Origin: Macrostomum hystrix
Lineage: Eukaryota > Animalia > Platyhelminthes
Direction: 5' to 3'
Length of the DNA: 64,000 nucleotides
Assembly: GCA_950097015.1 (NCBI GenBank)
Contig: CATNEN010000038.1
Location: forward strand, 14,570,001-14,634,000
In this document: positions 39,786 through 50,804 of the stretch, in pieces
How the letters are laid out: the number at the start of each line of letters is the position of its first letter
How positions within the stretch are numbered: the stretch's first letter is position 1
The notes under the pieces: generated by a model
Seen by the model: the letters and a program-made list of their open reading frames with translations, nothing else
Database searches by the model: none
What the model was told of the DNA's origin: nothing
Position numbers and translations under genes: made by a program

Positions 39786-40437
39786 TATCTTACTCTATCA
39801 GCTATCAATAAGGTAGCAGTTGCTTTTAAAATAGTTCACTAAAAGCATCTTGTGAAATAAAATAAAAAAATTGTTCACTTTTTTCCGATAAACAACCCAC
39901 GAACAGTTGATATTATCCAGAGAGCATTGAAAAGTCAGTATTTAGACTTCATTCTAGACTCCTGAACGATTAACAAACTTTCATTTAATTGGGCTTCATC
40001 ATATATTCGGTATAACCTTGACCTTCTCATTAAATAAATACCTGAGCTTAACAGTAGAACTACCAACCTGTAACTAACCACCCAAACCCAAATGTGCCTG
40101 CATCATTTCCGAATTCAAAATCAGCGACTTAGGGTGTCTACGAGCTACGTCACAGCTGTTGAAGGACAAGGAGCTCCGTCTAGATAAACGTCGGAGGCCA
40201 ACGAAGTCGGAGGCGATGCAGGCACATTGTGACGTCCTGATAACGTTTGAAGGTGAAGGTGAAGCGCTTGTGGGACAAAGATGACCTTCGACCAGAGCCG
40301 TCTGTCAACAGCAGGAAGAACACGCTATTTTTCAGTGGTCACCTACTGTTAATGCAAAAACGGAGTTCAGACAAGTGCAACAATTCGCAGTATCTGATTT
40401 GTCTATTTCCAAAGCAGGTATCCAGATGGCCCTGAAA

Positions 40438-40884
40438 TCAGCAAGCGTGGTGCAGGAAGTCGTGGGCGCCGTGGCAGAGGGCGAAGCAGAAGTTCCTGTA
40501 GGTGACACCGCCGGCACAGACTGGTCGGCGCCACTTCGAGCAGGAGGCGCACGCATCTCGCTTGGCTGCGGGGCAGGGCCCGGGCGTTGCATCGCCGACA
40601 CCGGCGCACTTGGCGTAGCAGGCGTTGCGGAAGGACCTGCCGCGGCTAGCCGAACAGACCGGAGCTCGGCGCCGCGGGCAGAGGCAGAGGCAGCGGCCGC
40701 GGACGATGTTAGTGGCACCGGAGCACTTGGCCAGGCAGTCGTTGCGAAATGTGAGTCCGTTTGAGCACACCGGGCGGTACTGGCGAGTGCAGGCGCCGCA
40801 GTCAGCAGATGCTGTGTGCCTCTCCAATGTCAGTGTTAGCGCCAGCATCAGCGCCAGCATAGTGTACAATGGACCAGTTGTCAT
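40438..40884 (-). CDS. Secreted three-domain Kazal-type serine protease inhibitor
   Basis: Signal peptide (MLALMLALTLTL) and three C..C....PVC....T/SF/Y.N.C.A.C units. P1 residues appear to be R, R and K. TATA-like tataaaa about 90 bp upstream. Confidence 0.9.
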   Translation of the reverse strand: MTTGPLYTMLALMLALTLTLERHTASADCGACTRQYRPVCSNGLTFRNDCLAKCSGATNIVRGRCLCLCPRRRAPVCSASRGRSFRNACYAKCAGVGDATPGPCPAAKRDACASCSKWRRPVCAGGVTYRNFCFALCHGAHDFLHHAC

Positions 40885-41204
40885 TGTTCGGCTTGGCCCG
40901 GCTGAATCCCGGCTTGTTCTGGCTGTAGCTGCGGCTTACACCTTCATGGCTAACTAATTTGCCAACAATTTTATACTGGCTTCTGTAGAGTTGGATGGCC
41001 GGTGCGAATTTTCAGAAGGACAATAGAAAAATACTTCTACCTGCTTCTGCTGTGTTAGTCAACCAGCACCCCCTCTGAAACACTGCCTCCACAATTTCTT
41101 CTAAATTTGTCTAAAAGCATTTTGCTTGAATAGGCTATGTTTGTGAATGTGCGTTAAAATAAATAATGTACTGAGCGCAGTTTAAGGCGTTTGTACGCTT
41201 GTAG

Positions 41205-43391
41205 AACAACAACTGGCCTGAGGAGCTGCTCCAGATTAAACAGTGCTTGTCAAAAGAATTTAATGTTGACTTCAACAGTGTCCTCCTAAATCTATATCGA
41301 GATGGACAAGACTCAATCCAGCTGCATCAGGATAATGAGAAGTGTCTCGGCATCAACCCAGTCATTGCCAGCCTGTCTCTTGGAGCTGAGAGATGCCTGA
41401 CTGTTGAGAACACGGACGAAAAACGGCATTACTCATTAATAATGTCACCAGGCAGCATGCTGGTGATGCAAGGGGACTGTCAGACCAAGTTCAAACATGG
41501 AGTCCTAAAGACGAGGGAAAGCGCACCACGCATCAACGTGACATTTCGCCACATTGTGCCTGAATTAAACGATGTACCAAGCCGCAACGAGCCGACGCCC
41601 TCAGAAACGAGTATGGACATTGCAGTAAAGACGCCTGAGCAGATAATCGATGAAAGGAAAAAATCTGAATCGACTGATGCAGCTGATGCCCACTTTGACA
41701 TCTCATTCCTCAGTCAGCCTCTTCAAGAAGCCAAGACGCGACTCGGGAAGCGGAAGCAAAAGCTGGCTGACAAAGAATCAGCTGCGTCCGCCGAAGAGAC
41801 GACCGTGTTAGAAGATGCGAGCTTTAAGGTCCCGAAGACCAAAAAGTTCCGAAAAAGGAGATCACCCATGAAGGGAGCTGACAAAAGCGATAAAGCCGTA
41901 CAGACAGAGTTGATTCCAGTAGATGCAGCAACTAACACAGAGAACAACCTACTGATGGATACAGACTGGAAATGTTTGAAATCTCTCGAGGAAGGAGTCG
42001 CAGCGGTTCTCAGTGAAGTAAAACAACTGAAAAGTAGCTTGTCAATTGATGAGTACATTCAAAAGACTCGCAATGCGCTTCAATCCTTGACCACCGGTCT
42101 AATGCATCAGTTAGAGGCAAAAGCCAAAGAAAGTCAAACGGAACTACTGAAAGCGCTAAACATCACAAAATCCGACGTTGTGAACCATCTAAAGCAAACA
42201 AGTAGCTCAACTAAGGATGCTATCATTAGCGAAGAAAGAGCAGTGAAGGCAGAAGTAATAAAAAGCCAACAAATCAGCCACAGCCTCGAGCAGAAGGTCG
42301 GTGAACTGGTCAGTCTGCAAGCGCTGGCGTTCACTAAGACGCAGAATGAAAGAGCAGGACGGGAAACATATGCTGAGAAGGCCTCGCGCTCAGTGAACCC
42401 AACAGCATCTTCAAAAAATGTAACGATGGCAGTCAGTGCCAGTAAAAATGCAGAGAACGCATCAGGAGCTGTAGCAAGGGACTCGGAACCAGCTGAGGCA
42501 GAAAGCAACAGTTGTACCAAACAGAAAGTTAAAGAAGGCCTGAAAAAGCATGATATAGTCGTTGTCAGCTCAAAGCTAGGGAAAGCCCTTGACTATCGCA
42601 GACTCTTCCCGAATAGTACAATTCGAGTTGTCTACTACAACACTCAAGAAAGGCTCATTGAATTACTGCAAGAGCCAAACTTCAGTGCGCAAGAATGTCT
42701 GGTAATTGACTTAAACCATGAGCCATCAATGGAGGTGGCATATAAAGCTGTCACTGCAATTGACGCTGGGCAAAGGCAACACGGTGCGAATTGCCTGCAC
42801 CTACTCATCATCCCAGACAGTTCGACACGAACAGAACAACTCTTCGAGAAAGAACTGTGTGAGTATGGTGTTAAACATCAGCTTTTAACATTTAACTTTC
42901 ATGAAATCCACTTCTACGACGGTGAACTCAACAGCAGCGGAGCGGACTTTTTGTTTGCGTTAATGTCCAAATGCATTCGAAATCTAAACCTGAAAGTACG
43001 GCCGCATCCGGCTAACACAGAGAACCAGCGCCAGCAAACAGTGCATCACCGGCATCAACACAGCTACAGAGAGTCACGAGGCGGCGGTGCAACTGGCTAC
43101 AGGAACTATCGAGCGCATAGCAGCTACCCAGTTCGAGATGCCAATTACATCCGTAGCGAAATAGACCACCGCATCAGCACCAACGGCTATTTTGACAGAA
43201 GTCGTGCTAGCCGCTATCGAATCAGCAACGAGTACGACTACAACAAAAGAGACCGCAAAAACTTTATAAGTGGCTATCGCGCCAATATCGAGCCCAGCAA
43301 CTACCGCAGAAGTAGCTTTGGGTACCGCAACAGATACCAACAAGTTGGTGTCAGGCGCCTCGACGACCGCCAGTTTCGTTGCGTCGACTAG
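41205..43391 (+). CDS. LINE ORF1: AlkB (ALKBH2/3-type 2OG-Fe(II) dioxygenase), coiled coil, degenerate SGNH-esterase-like domain, R/Y-rich tail
   Basis: WPEELLQIK...FNSVLLNLYRDGQDSIQLHQDNE...IASLSLGAER...GSMLVMQG..Q...KHGV...PRINVTFR, with HxD, H and RxxxxxR intact. Heptad region about 41970-42330, TYAEKA motif, IVVVSS...FYDGELNSSG. The frame is open from 41205 after a TAG. Confidence 0.88.
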   Translation, partial: NNNWPEELLQIKQCLSKEFNVDFNSVLLNLYRDGQDSIQLHQDNEKCLGINPVIASLSLGAERCLTVENTDEKRHYSLIMSPGSMLVMQGDCQTKFKHGVLKTRESAPRINVTFRHIVPELNDVPSRNEPTPSETSMDIAVKTPEQIIDERKKSESTDAADAHFDISFLSQPLQEAKTRLGKRKQKLADKESAASAEETTVLEDASFKVPKTKKFRKRRSPMKGADKSDKAVQTELIPVDAATNTENNLLMDTDWKCLKSLEEGVAAVLSEVKQLKSSLSIDEYIQKTRNALQSLTTGLMHQLEAKAKESQTELLKALNITKSDVVNHLKQTSSSTKDAIISEERAVKAEVIKSQQISHSLEQKVGELVSLQALAFTKTQNERAGRETYAEKASRSVNPTASSKNVTMAVSASKNAENASGAVARDSEPAEAESNSCTKQKVKEGLKKHDIVVVSSKLGKALDYRRLFPNSTIRVVYYNTQERLIELLQEPNFSAQECLVIDLNHEPSMEVAYKAVTAIDAGQRQHGANCLHLLIIPDSSTRTEQLFEKELCEYGVKHQLLTFNFHEIHFYDGELNSSGADFLFALMSKCIRNLNLKVRPHPANTENQRQQTVHHRHQHSYRESRGGGATGYRNYRAHSSYPVRDANYIRSEIDHRISTNGYFDRSRASRYRISNEYDYNKRDRKNFISGYRANIEPSNYRRSSFGYRNRYQQVGVRRLDDRQFRCVD

Positions 43392-43599
43392 GACCGCCTG
43401 TCCAAGCCTGTCCGGCAACAACTTCAATCGCCGGGGGGGTGGAGGAGTCATTTAGCTGCTCAACTCGGGTCCTCTAACTCCTTTGCCTAATAACTTTCTA
43501 TTTTTGATACCGTCAATTCCCATACCGCGCAACAGGTTTTGAAGGTTTTGAACCCGTCGTGACTGACTCTAAGGACTACTACTCCCTCTTTCTACGAGT

Positions 43600-46500
43600 A
43601 TGTTAACTTCTACGCTAAATTTTAACTCCCGAATAGTCACTGAAACACAGGGCAGCTGCGAAAAGAAGGTAACTTATAATAAATCAGAGTTGATTATCAC
43701 CAGTTGGAACATAGATGGACTGATGCTCAGTGGAGAATGCAAAATGGAATCACCATGTTTCCACGAACATATTAGGAATAGAGACATAGTTTTCCTCTGT
43801 GAGACCCACGCCAAACAGGAGCAGCTAGACTCAAACACGCTGATAGATTTCACCTGCTTTGGAGCAGATGGAATCAAGGCAAGGGGAATCAACAAAGGTA
43901 GATTATCAAATGGCATGGTTTTCCTCGTTAAAAATAATATTGCAAAGAGAACCACATTAGTGCACAAATCTGACTTCGCTCTGGTACTAAAAATAAAGCA
44001 AAAGCAGTCTGAAGAACCCCTGTATATCTTAGGGTGCTATATCCCACCGGAAAATTCTAAATACTACAAAGAAGATATATGGGAGGAGATTAAATATCTC
44101 ATCCAGCTCTTCTCAAGAGAGGGCTCCGTATTAACAGTAGGTGACTTCAATGCACGAACTGGCACATTACAGTCCAGCACTAGGGATAAGTTTCCCAGAC
44201 AGAATCAGGACTCTGAGAAAAACAAGCATGGATTAAGACTGATGGAAATGTGCTCCGAGACCAAGAGCACGATTCTGAACGGAATGACTCAGGGTGACAT
44301 TATGGGAAATTACACGTTTAGTAGCACACTAGGCCGAAGTACCATAGACTACGCTATTGCATCCATGGATAAAGTGGATATTATAAAAGACTTCTTTATT
44401 CATCCTCAAAGCTTTCTGTCCAGACATTGCCCGCTAACAGTCACTCTGATTTTTCCTGATCATGTCCAACCAGAACACGCTAACCAGGAAAAACATGAAT
44501 CCTTCCCAATGCCTCCAAGATGGGACACTGAAACGCAGGGAAGTTACATTGAGGCATTGAATAACAAACAAAGCGAAGAAATAATTAGAAAGTTGCAATC
44601 TATCGACGCACACGATGGAAAATCCCTGGAAAATTTGTTCTCGAGCTTGACCAACCTGCTTAGAGACTCAGTGGCAGAAAGCTGCGCAAAGACAATCATT
44701 CCGAACAAGTTCTGGACAAATCGAGACGAGACACTAAGAAACTTGAGCAAATCATTAAAGTACGTGGCCAGGAAAAAAAGACGTAGACCAACTGACAGCG
44801 CGCTGGCATCAGAATATAATGGGCTAGCGAAAAAATACAAACAACAGCTCAAGAAACTTAAGCAGATGGACATAAATGACTGCATTCAGAAAATGGCGGC
44901 TAACGGAACCTCAAAGGGATTCTGGTCCGGTCTTAGAAGAGCAGAAGAGTTGCTGTTCCCCAGCAGGAGACTTAACAGATCTCAAGCCCCAATCGCTGAC
45001 ATCGCGGACAACCTAACCAAAGTGTTTAACGCACATCCTTCTTCGGGAACCCAGCCGCATCGCACAGATGAAGCAGTTAGTCCCGAAGATTTAATTAGCT
45101 GCGTAGATCTCGATAGAGCAGTTAAAAAGCTAAAGAGAAGAAAGGCTGCAGGAATAGATGGTATAACAAATGAGCACATTATCTACGGACAAGAGAAGCT
45201 AAAACCCGTACTTCTGAAGCTTTTTAACGCAAGCGTAAGACTCGGCCAGACTCCTGCACAGTGGTCAAATGCCCTAATCACACCGATTTATAAAAAGGGT
45301 TCCCGTAGTGACCCCAAAAACTACAGACCCATAAGCGTGCTGCCTGCCCTGGCTCGCCTGTTTGCCTCACTTATCTATGAAAAGCTAGAAACTCATATTC
45401 GCACCCTCGACTTGCTTTCAGCCAGTCAAATAGGAAATAGAAAGGGCTACCGAACTTCAGACCACATTGCCACTCTCTTGACGTTGATCCACAACAAAAA
45501 GCGTCGCAAAAGGCCATTTCACTTAGTGTTCTTTGACTTAAAAAGCGCATTTGACATGGTCCACCATCCAACACTTTTCCAACGACTTAGGGAGTTAAAG
45601 GTCAGCCCAGAAATAATCGAAGCAATACAAAGCATGTACTCAGGAGCTAAATTCCAACTGAAGATCTCAGATGGCCAAGCAACTAAGGCAAGGAGCATAA
45701 CAAATGGAGTAAGACAAGGCTGTCCCCTATCCCCTCTACTCTTCTCACTCTATATAGATCCTTTGAGCACAATGCTAAGGGATTCATTTCGCAGCGACAC
45801 CTTCATTAAAGATGAACAAATCAACAACTTGCTATACTGCGATGATTTAGTGATCTTTGGAGAGAATCCTCGAGAGTTGCAGAAGGGCCTCGATAAAGTG
45901 TCAGAATTTTGTCAGAGCCACAAGCTAGAAATCAATATGCAAAAAACTAAGGTTATTAGCTGTTGCCCTGACCCATCAAAGACGGCTAACAAACTATTTC
46001 TGCAGGGACAACTGTTAGATAGCGTCAAAGAATGGAAATATCTTGGCTTTCACATCAATGCTAAAGGAACCGTGGATTCCCATGCCACAGAGATTAACAA
46101 AAAATGTGGATATCCTATTCTTCTCTTAAGGAAATTAGCCAGCCATGGGGCGGTCAGATACAATCAGCTCATGCTGTACTGCACAGCAATGATAGAAAGC
46201 ATAGCTCTGTACGCCTCTGAGGCCTGGGGGGCTTTTGTCTCGTGGAACCTGGGTCCTTGGGACCGCTGTCTTTTTGAAAGAGTAAACATCAGGTGCTGTA
46301 AAGCCATACTACAAGTCAGCCAAAATACGGATGGCAACGGGGCCCGCTCGGAGTTAGGCAGATTGCCTTTATTATACAACATCCAGAAAAGAAGCATTTC
46401 GTACTGGGCCTCCATAACAAGCCGGCCGGACTCCATAATTTCCAAGTTATTGGCGGACCAAACATACAGTGATGTTGGAATCAAAGCAAAGACCAACAAT

Positions 46501-47033
46501 GAGGTTATGCTGAACTGCAGAGGCATTAGTCCTGCAAAAGCAATTGGAAACCACAGGAAAAATTTCGTTTCTCAGTTCGATACCATTGGAGACAAAGGAC
46601 ACAGAACTCAAGCAAGCTAAGTCACTTCTATTACTCCTTCAAGCAATATTATTCAGCCGAAAAATATTTACAACAAATATACAACCCGGAGTGGAGACGT
46701 ACCATAGCCTCGTTTAGACTAGGAAACCATAAGCTAGCTTGCGAAACATTGCGAACTGCGAGACCGAAAATTCCGTATGCAAATAGATTATGTAGTAAGT
46801 GCAAAACAGAAGTTGAAAACGAGGTCCACTTCCTTTTTAAGTGCACTTGGAATAAGTATAGCGCAGTACGTTCGAAATTTGAGACGGAAGTTTCTGGGAA
46901 AACCCCCAATTTCATATCCTTAACAGCAGAAGAAAAATCTAACTACATAATGGCTCAAGACGATAGGGAAACCGCTGAAGCTTTAGCAAAATACATCATA
47001 GAAATATCTAAAATAAGGGAACAGCTGCCCTGA
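43600..47033 (+). CDS. LINE ORF2: AP-like endonuclease, reverse transcriptase and C-terminal zinc knuckle, with one -1 frameshift between about 46530 and 46620
   Basis: APE motifs SWNIDGL, LCETH, GCYIPP, GDFNA, STIDY, SRH. RT motifs KAAGIDG, IYKKG...NYRPIS, FFDLKSAFD, GVRQGCPLSPLLF, LLYCDD, KYLG. The -1 frame continues HWRQR..SSKL..FRLGNHKL..RLCSKC..ENEVHFLFKC. Confidence 0.93.
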
Positions 47034-47889
47034 GACTACGAGATTTTACTAGCATTCAACAATAGATATTTCATAATTTGTTTTATCCCTGGCGTCCCTT
47101 GTGTTTTTACTGCTCTTATTTTTAATACCTTTGCTTTCCCTTCCCAGCTCGATATTTGATTCCTACTTAACTTCGCTTTTTATGTTGCTTTTCGTTGTTC
47201 ATTTAAATGTGTTGTTAAAAAATATATATATAAAAAAATCAGCACCCATAGATGGCGTGCGCGTTTTAATAATAATAAAAAAAAGTACACCATTTTTCGA
47301 CTGTATCTTGGGCGACTAGGAGGCTGAAACCCCCGACACGTGAAATGCCGGCGACTGGTGCGCCTAATTTAGTTGGATAATTAACAAAGAATTTCTAAAC
47401 CAGTTCTTGAAAAACAAAACTCACTCCAACCCAAATGGCAAGCTGTGCGCGCTTCTGGACCTGTTTCACCTCAAATTTCTAACTATAATTGCAGCTTTTT
47501 TTCAAATTTAAGCTCGAAACTGCCGTTGAAATTGTTTCAAACAATTATTTTGAGCCAATAAATTAGACTGACATGAAATCCTGAATGTGTAAAAATATTA
47601 ATTAGTAATGCAGTCAGCAGCTTATATACCCATATAAGACCAGATGTACTCTTCCAAACATATCTATCTACTCAACTAGTATCTCTTACTCTAACTCTGC
47701 AACTCTATCTATTCTACCCAGCATCTTTATCTATTCTACCTTCCTCTTTAACTCTATCCTCTGTCAAAACACCTCTATCTACTACACTAGCATATCCACC
47801 TACTCAAAGTGCGTCTCGATCTTACTCAACTAGGTGGTCGATTTAGATCGACCTAAATGTACTCTACCCGAATCAATCTACTCTACTCA

Positions 47890-48360
47890 CGCCTTTATCT
47901 ACTCTAACCCCGCATCTCTATCTACTCTAACCGCATCTCTATCCACTCTACCCGCATCTCTATCCACTCTACCTGCATCTCTATCCCCTCTACCCCGCAT
48001 CTCTATCCACTTTACCCGTATCTCTATCCACTCTACCCGCATCTCTATCCACTCTACCCGCATCTCTATCCACTCTACCCGCATCTCTATCCACTCTACC
48101 TGCATCTCTATCCACTCTACCCGCATCTCTACTCTACCTGCATCTCTATCCACTCTACCCGCATCTCTATCCACTCTACCCGCATCTCTATCCACTCTAC
48201 CCGCATCTCTATCTACTCTACCCCGCATCTCTATCTACTCTACCCGCATCTCTATCTGCTCTACCCGCATCTCTATCTACTCTAACCGCATCTCTATCCA
48301 CTCTACCCGCATCTCTACTCTACCCGCATCTCTATCTGCTCTACCCGCTTTATCTACTCT
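47890..48360. repeat. About 21-bp minisatellite (actctacccgcatctctatcc)
   Basis: Tandem repetition with degenerate copies extending upstream to about 47650. Confidence 0.9.
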
Positions 48361-48971
48361 AGAAGGCAATCTATTCAGCAGGTCATAGAAATTAAACAAA
48401 AGTCAAGCATTGAATAAATAGAGAATGCCAATCGTATCTATGATCTGCACAATAACCAAGTGAACTAATGGTCAGTTGATGTTGTTATTATTCTCTGGCT
48501 AAACACGCAACCACATTCTAGAGTTTCATGGGTCTGAGAAGACTCAAATAAAGTAGCGCATAGACGTGTCGGAGGCGCAATTTGACAGTGACAGAGTCTG
48601 AAAAATTCTACAACTCTGCAGCAGTGTAGGAACAGCGGTATGCGTAGCATGCTGCAGAGGCGCCACAATGCTTTCCTTGAATAGGCGATGTGATTTTACC
48701 GATGCCGCTACCAAAGCGATAGAGGGAGAGAAAATGTAGCGCTGGCTGGCACTGTACATAATTGTCAGCGTGATGGCCGGGCAAGGGGGGAGGTTGGACT
48801 AGCAGGCTCAGAGTGAATGAGGGATAAACTCCCTAGGCCAAGTCTACACAGTTGTATAGTTGTAGCAATCCGATCAATAAAAACTGGAACGCTCCAGATG
48901 CGGCCGAGAAGCAGCTGAGCTTAGACTTGAATCAGAGCCGTTGGCAAAAAATCAAATCCAACATTAGAGTC

Positions 48972-50314
48972 ATGTCCAAGCAGCAACAGCCGGCCAGGAA
49001 GCAGCAGCAGCAGCAGCAACAGCCGGCCAGGAAGCAGCAGCAGCAGCAGCCGCAAAAGAAATCTAATCCAGGCGGAGTAGCGTTCGAGGTAGCCCTGGAC
49101 GCCGGCAATGTGACGCCAAGGAGCCGCAAGCCGCACCACCTCGACAGGAGGCTGGGCGATGAGGCGCGGCCAACCACGCCGGATCTGATAGCGAAACGGC
49201 AGCGAGAGGCTGAAGCTAGGAGAAAGGTGACCGAATGGCCAACTTAAGGATAAAATTTAGGGCGGCCTCAATATTTGATAATAACTGATTACACCTGTCC
49301 CGATTGGGCCACATGTGCAGCCGACAGCATAGCCGCTGCTATTCTAGTTAGCCTACGCGTGTTAAAACGAGGTTGAAACTAACGGCAGCCAGCCCTCTGC
49401 TGTTGTCTATGGTCGAATTCCATAGATATGCTACGCGCCTCAACGTTTTACCTCGTTTCAGCCCTCTGCAGCCTATCAATATTGGTATATTGCGCTGGCG
49501 CATCTGAAGACTGCGTACGACTGTTCAGTCCATGGACTGGGGGGGGATGCCACACCCACCCTCAATTACCCAGCTAATGCGGGTTTCCATTTAACAGCAA
49601 AGCAGGGTTTGTGTCATAAAAAATGACACAAATTGTTCCAGTGGAGTCGGGAATCGAACCTCTGACCTTTAAGTCCCGAGTCCGACGCTTTTACCAGTAG
49701 GCAAAAATCCCCTAGTATCATTGACATGAACAAGACTATCATGAACAAGTTAAAGGCTTCAATTCTATCAATTATATTGTTCGTTGTTGAAGGCCAATAA
49801 GACGAGTATCAGCGGAAAATCAACTTTTACTTAATTATGACTTATCATAGGTCAGTTTTGGACGGTTGGCGAAATATTTCGAAGAATGTCAGTAGATCAT
49901 CTCTGATCTAGTTTTTTTTACAGTTTTTTAGTAGTTTCAAATATACGACCAACAACGACCTTACTACTTACTTAGTAGTGAGGTATGATGGATAGATAGA
50001 AATGACTTGAAAATGCTGCGTACAGCTTTTCAGGCCATGGAAAAATTTTACAAATATTCCGTACCAGCTGAGATTTGAACTCGCGACCACCTATCGGTCG
50101 GAAGTCGGAATTATTCTTTAACTACCAGGCTAGAAGCTAACATAGGGCAATAATGATAGAAAACTTGCACAAAACTTGAACCCATTGCGCCAAACCCTCA
50201 TCCTAGAAACAAGAGCAAGAAACCTTGAAGCGAGTTGGCCAGCACAATGACCGGGTGGAGCGGCTAGCCCGGCAGGCCGAGCTGCGCAAGAAGGACGAAT
50301 CGGTGGACGATTGA
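48972..50314 (+). CDS. Stathmin-like protein, about 120 aa. Exons 48972-49226 and 50207-50314
   Basis: GGVAFEVAL...TTPDLIAKRQREAEARRK|KQEQETLKRVGQHNDRVERLARQAE parallels stathmin (SGQAFELIL...EIQKKLEAAEERRK|SHEAEVLKQL). Phase-0 GT-AG intron after RRK. Confidence 0.78.
49495..49705 (-). mobile_element. tRNA-derived SINE family B (CORE/Meta-like central block) in the stathmin intron
   Basis: Reverse-strand B-box (ggaatcgaacc), A-box region, and a body shared with the 50805-50985 copy. Confidence 0.75.
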
Positions 50315-50804
50315 CAAAGACTGGGCAGACGATTGACAAAGACTGGCGGACTTGGCAAAGACTGGGCGGACTGAGGAATTAGGCAAGATCGGACAGCAAA
50401 TATTAACAAATAAATAAAATAATAATTATTAATTTTCACACTCTTGACTTAGCTAGACTGTACTTCTTAGACAAAGGCTTTTTTAGAACTTATTGTTCAC
50501 GAATCTCTTTCAGTTGGTCTTTTCTTCTGTTTCACCTGCTGAATAATGCAATTTCTAGTCACCAATGGCTTGAATTTAGAGTGTGATGATTTATAAAAAT
50601 ATTTAAATGAATATTTACATAACATAGCATGCCGCTCAATTAGAGTCTGGTCTTTTCTTCTTCAACTAATGAACAAAATAAACTGGTAAGAAATTATGCA
50701 ATATTGAGAGCGAATGCGAACTAACAAATTACTTACCTTAGTTGACTTCATAAAAGTTTATTAATTAACTAAATTAGACACATCGCAATTGGGCCAGATG
50801 TGCG

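Larger units (their letters stand above)
41205..47284 (+). mobile_element. Non-LTR retrotransposon (APE-RT LINE, probably RTEX/CR1-L2-group-like), likely 5'-truncated, with an AlkB-bearing ORF1
   Basis: Two tandem ORFs. ORF2 has APE, RT and a C-terminal CCHC. A pyrimidine-rich 3'UTR ends in a (taa)n/A-rich tail at about 47268-47284. No clear TSD, so both boundaries are approximate. Confidence 0.9.

Noticed and set aside
41160-47300. Target-site duplication for the LINE
   Set aside because: Only a 4-bp gtac and AT-rich similarity flank the ends, which is too weak to call.
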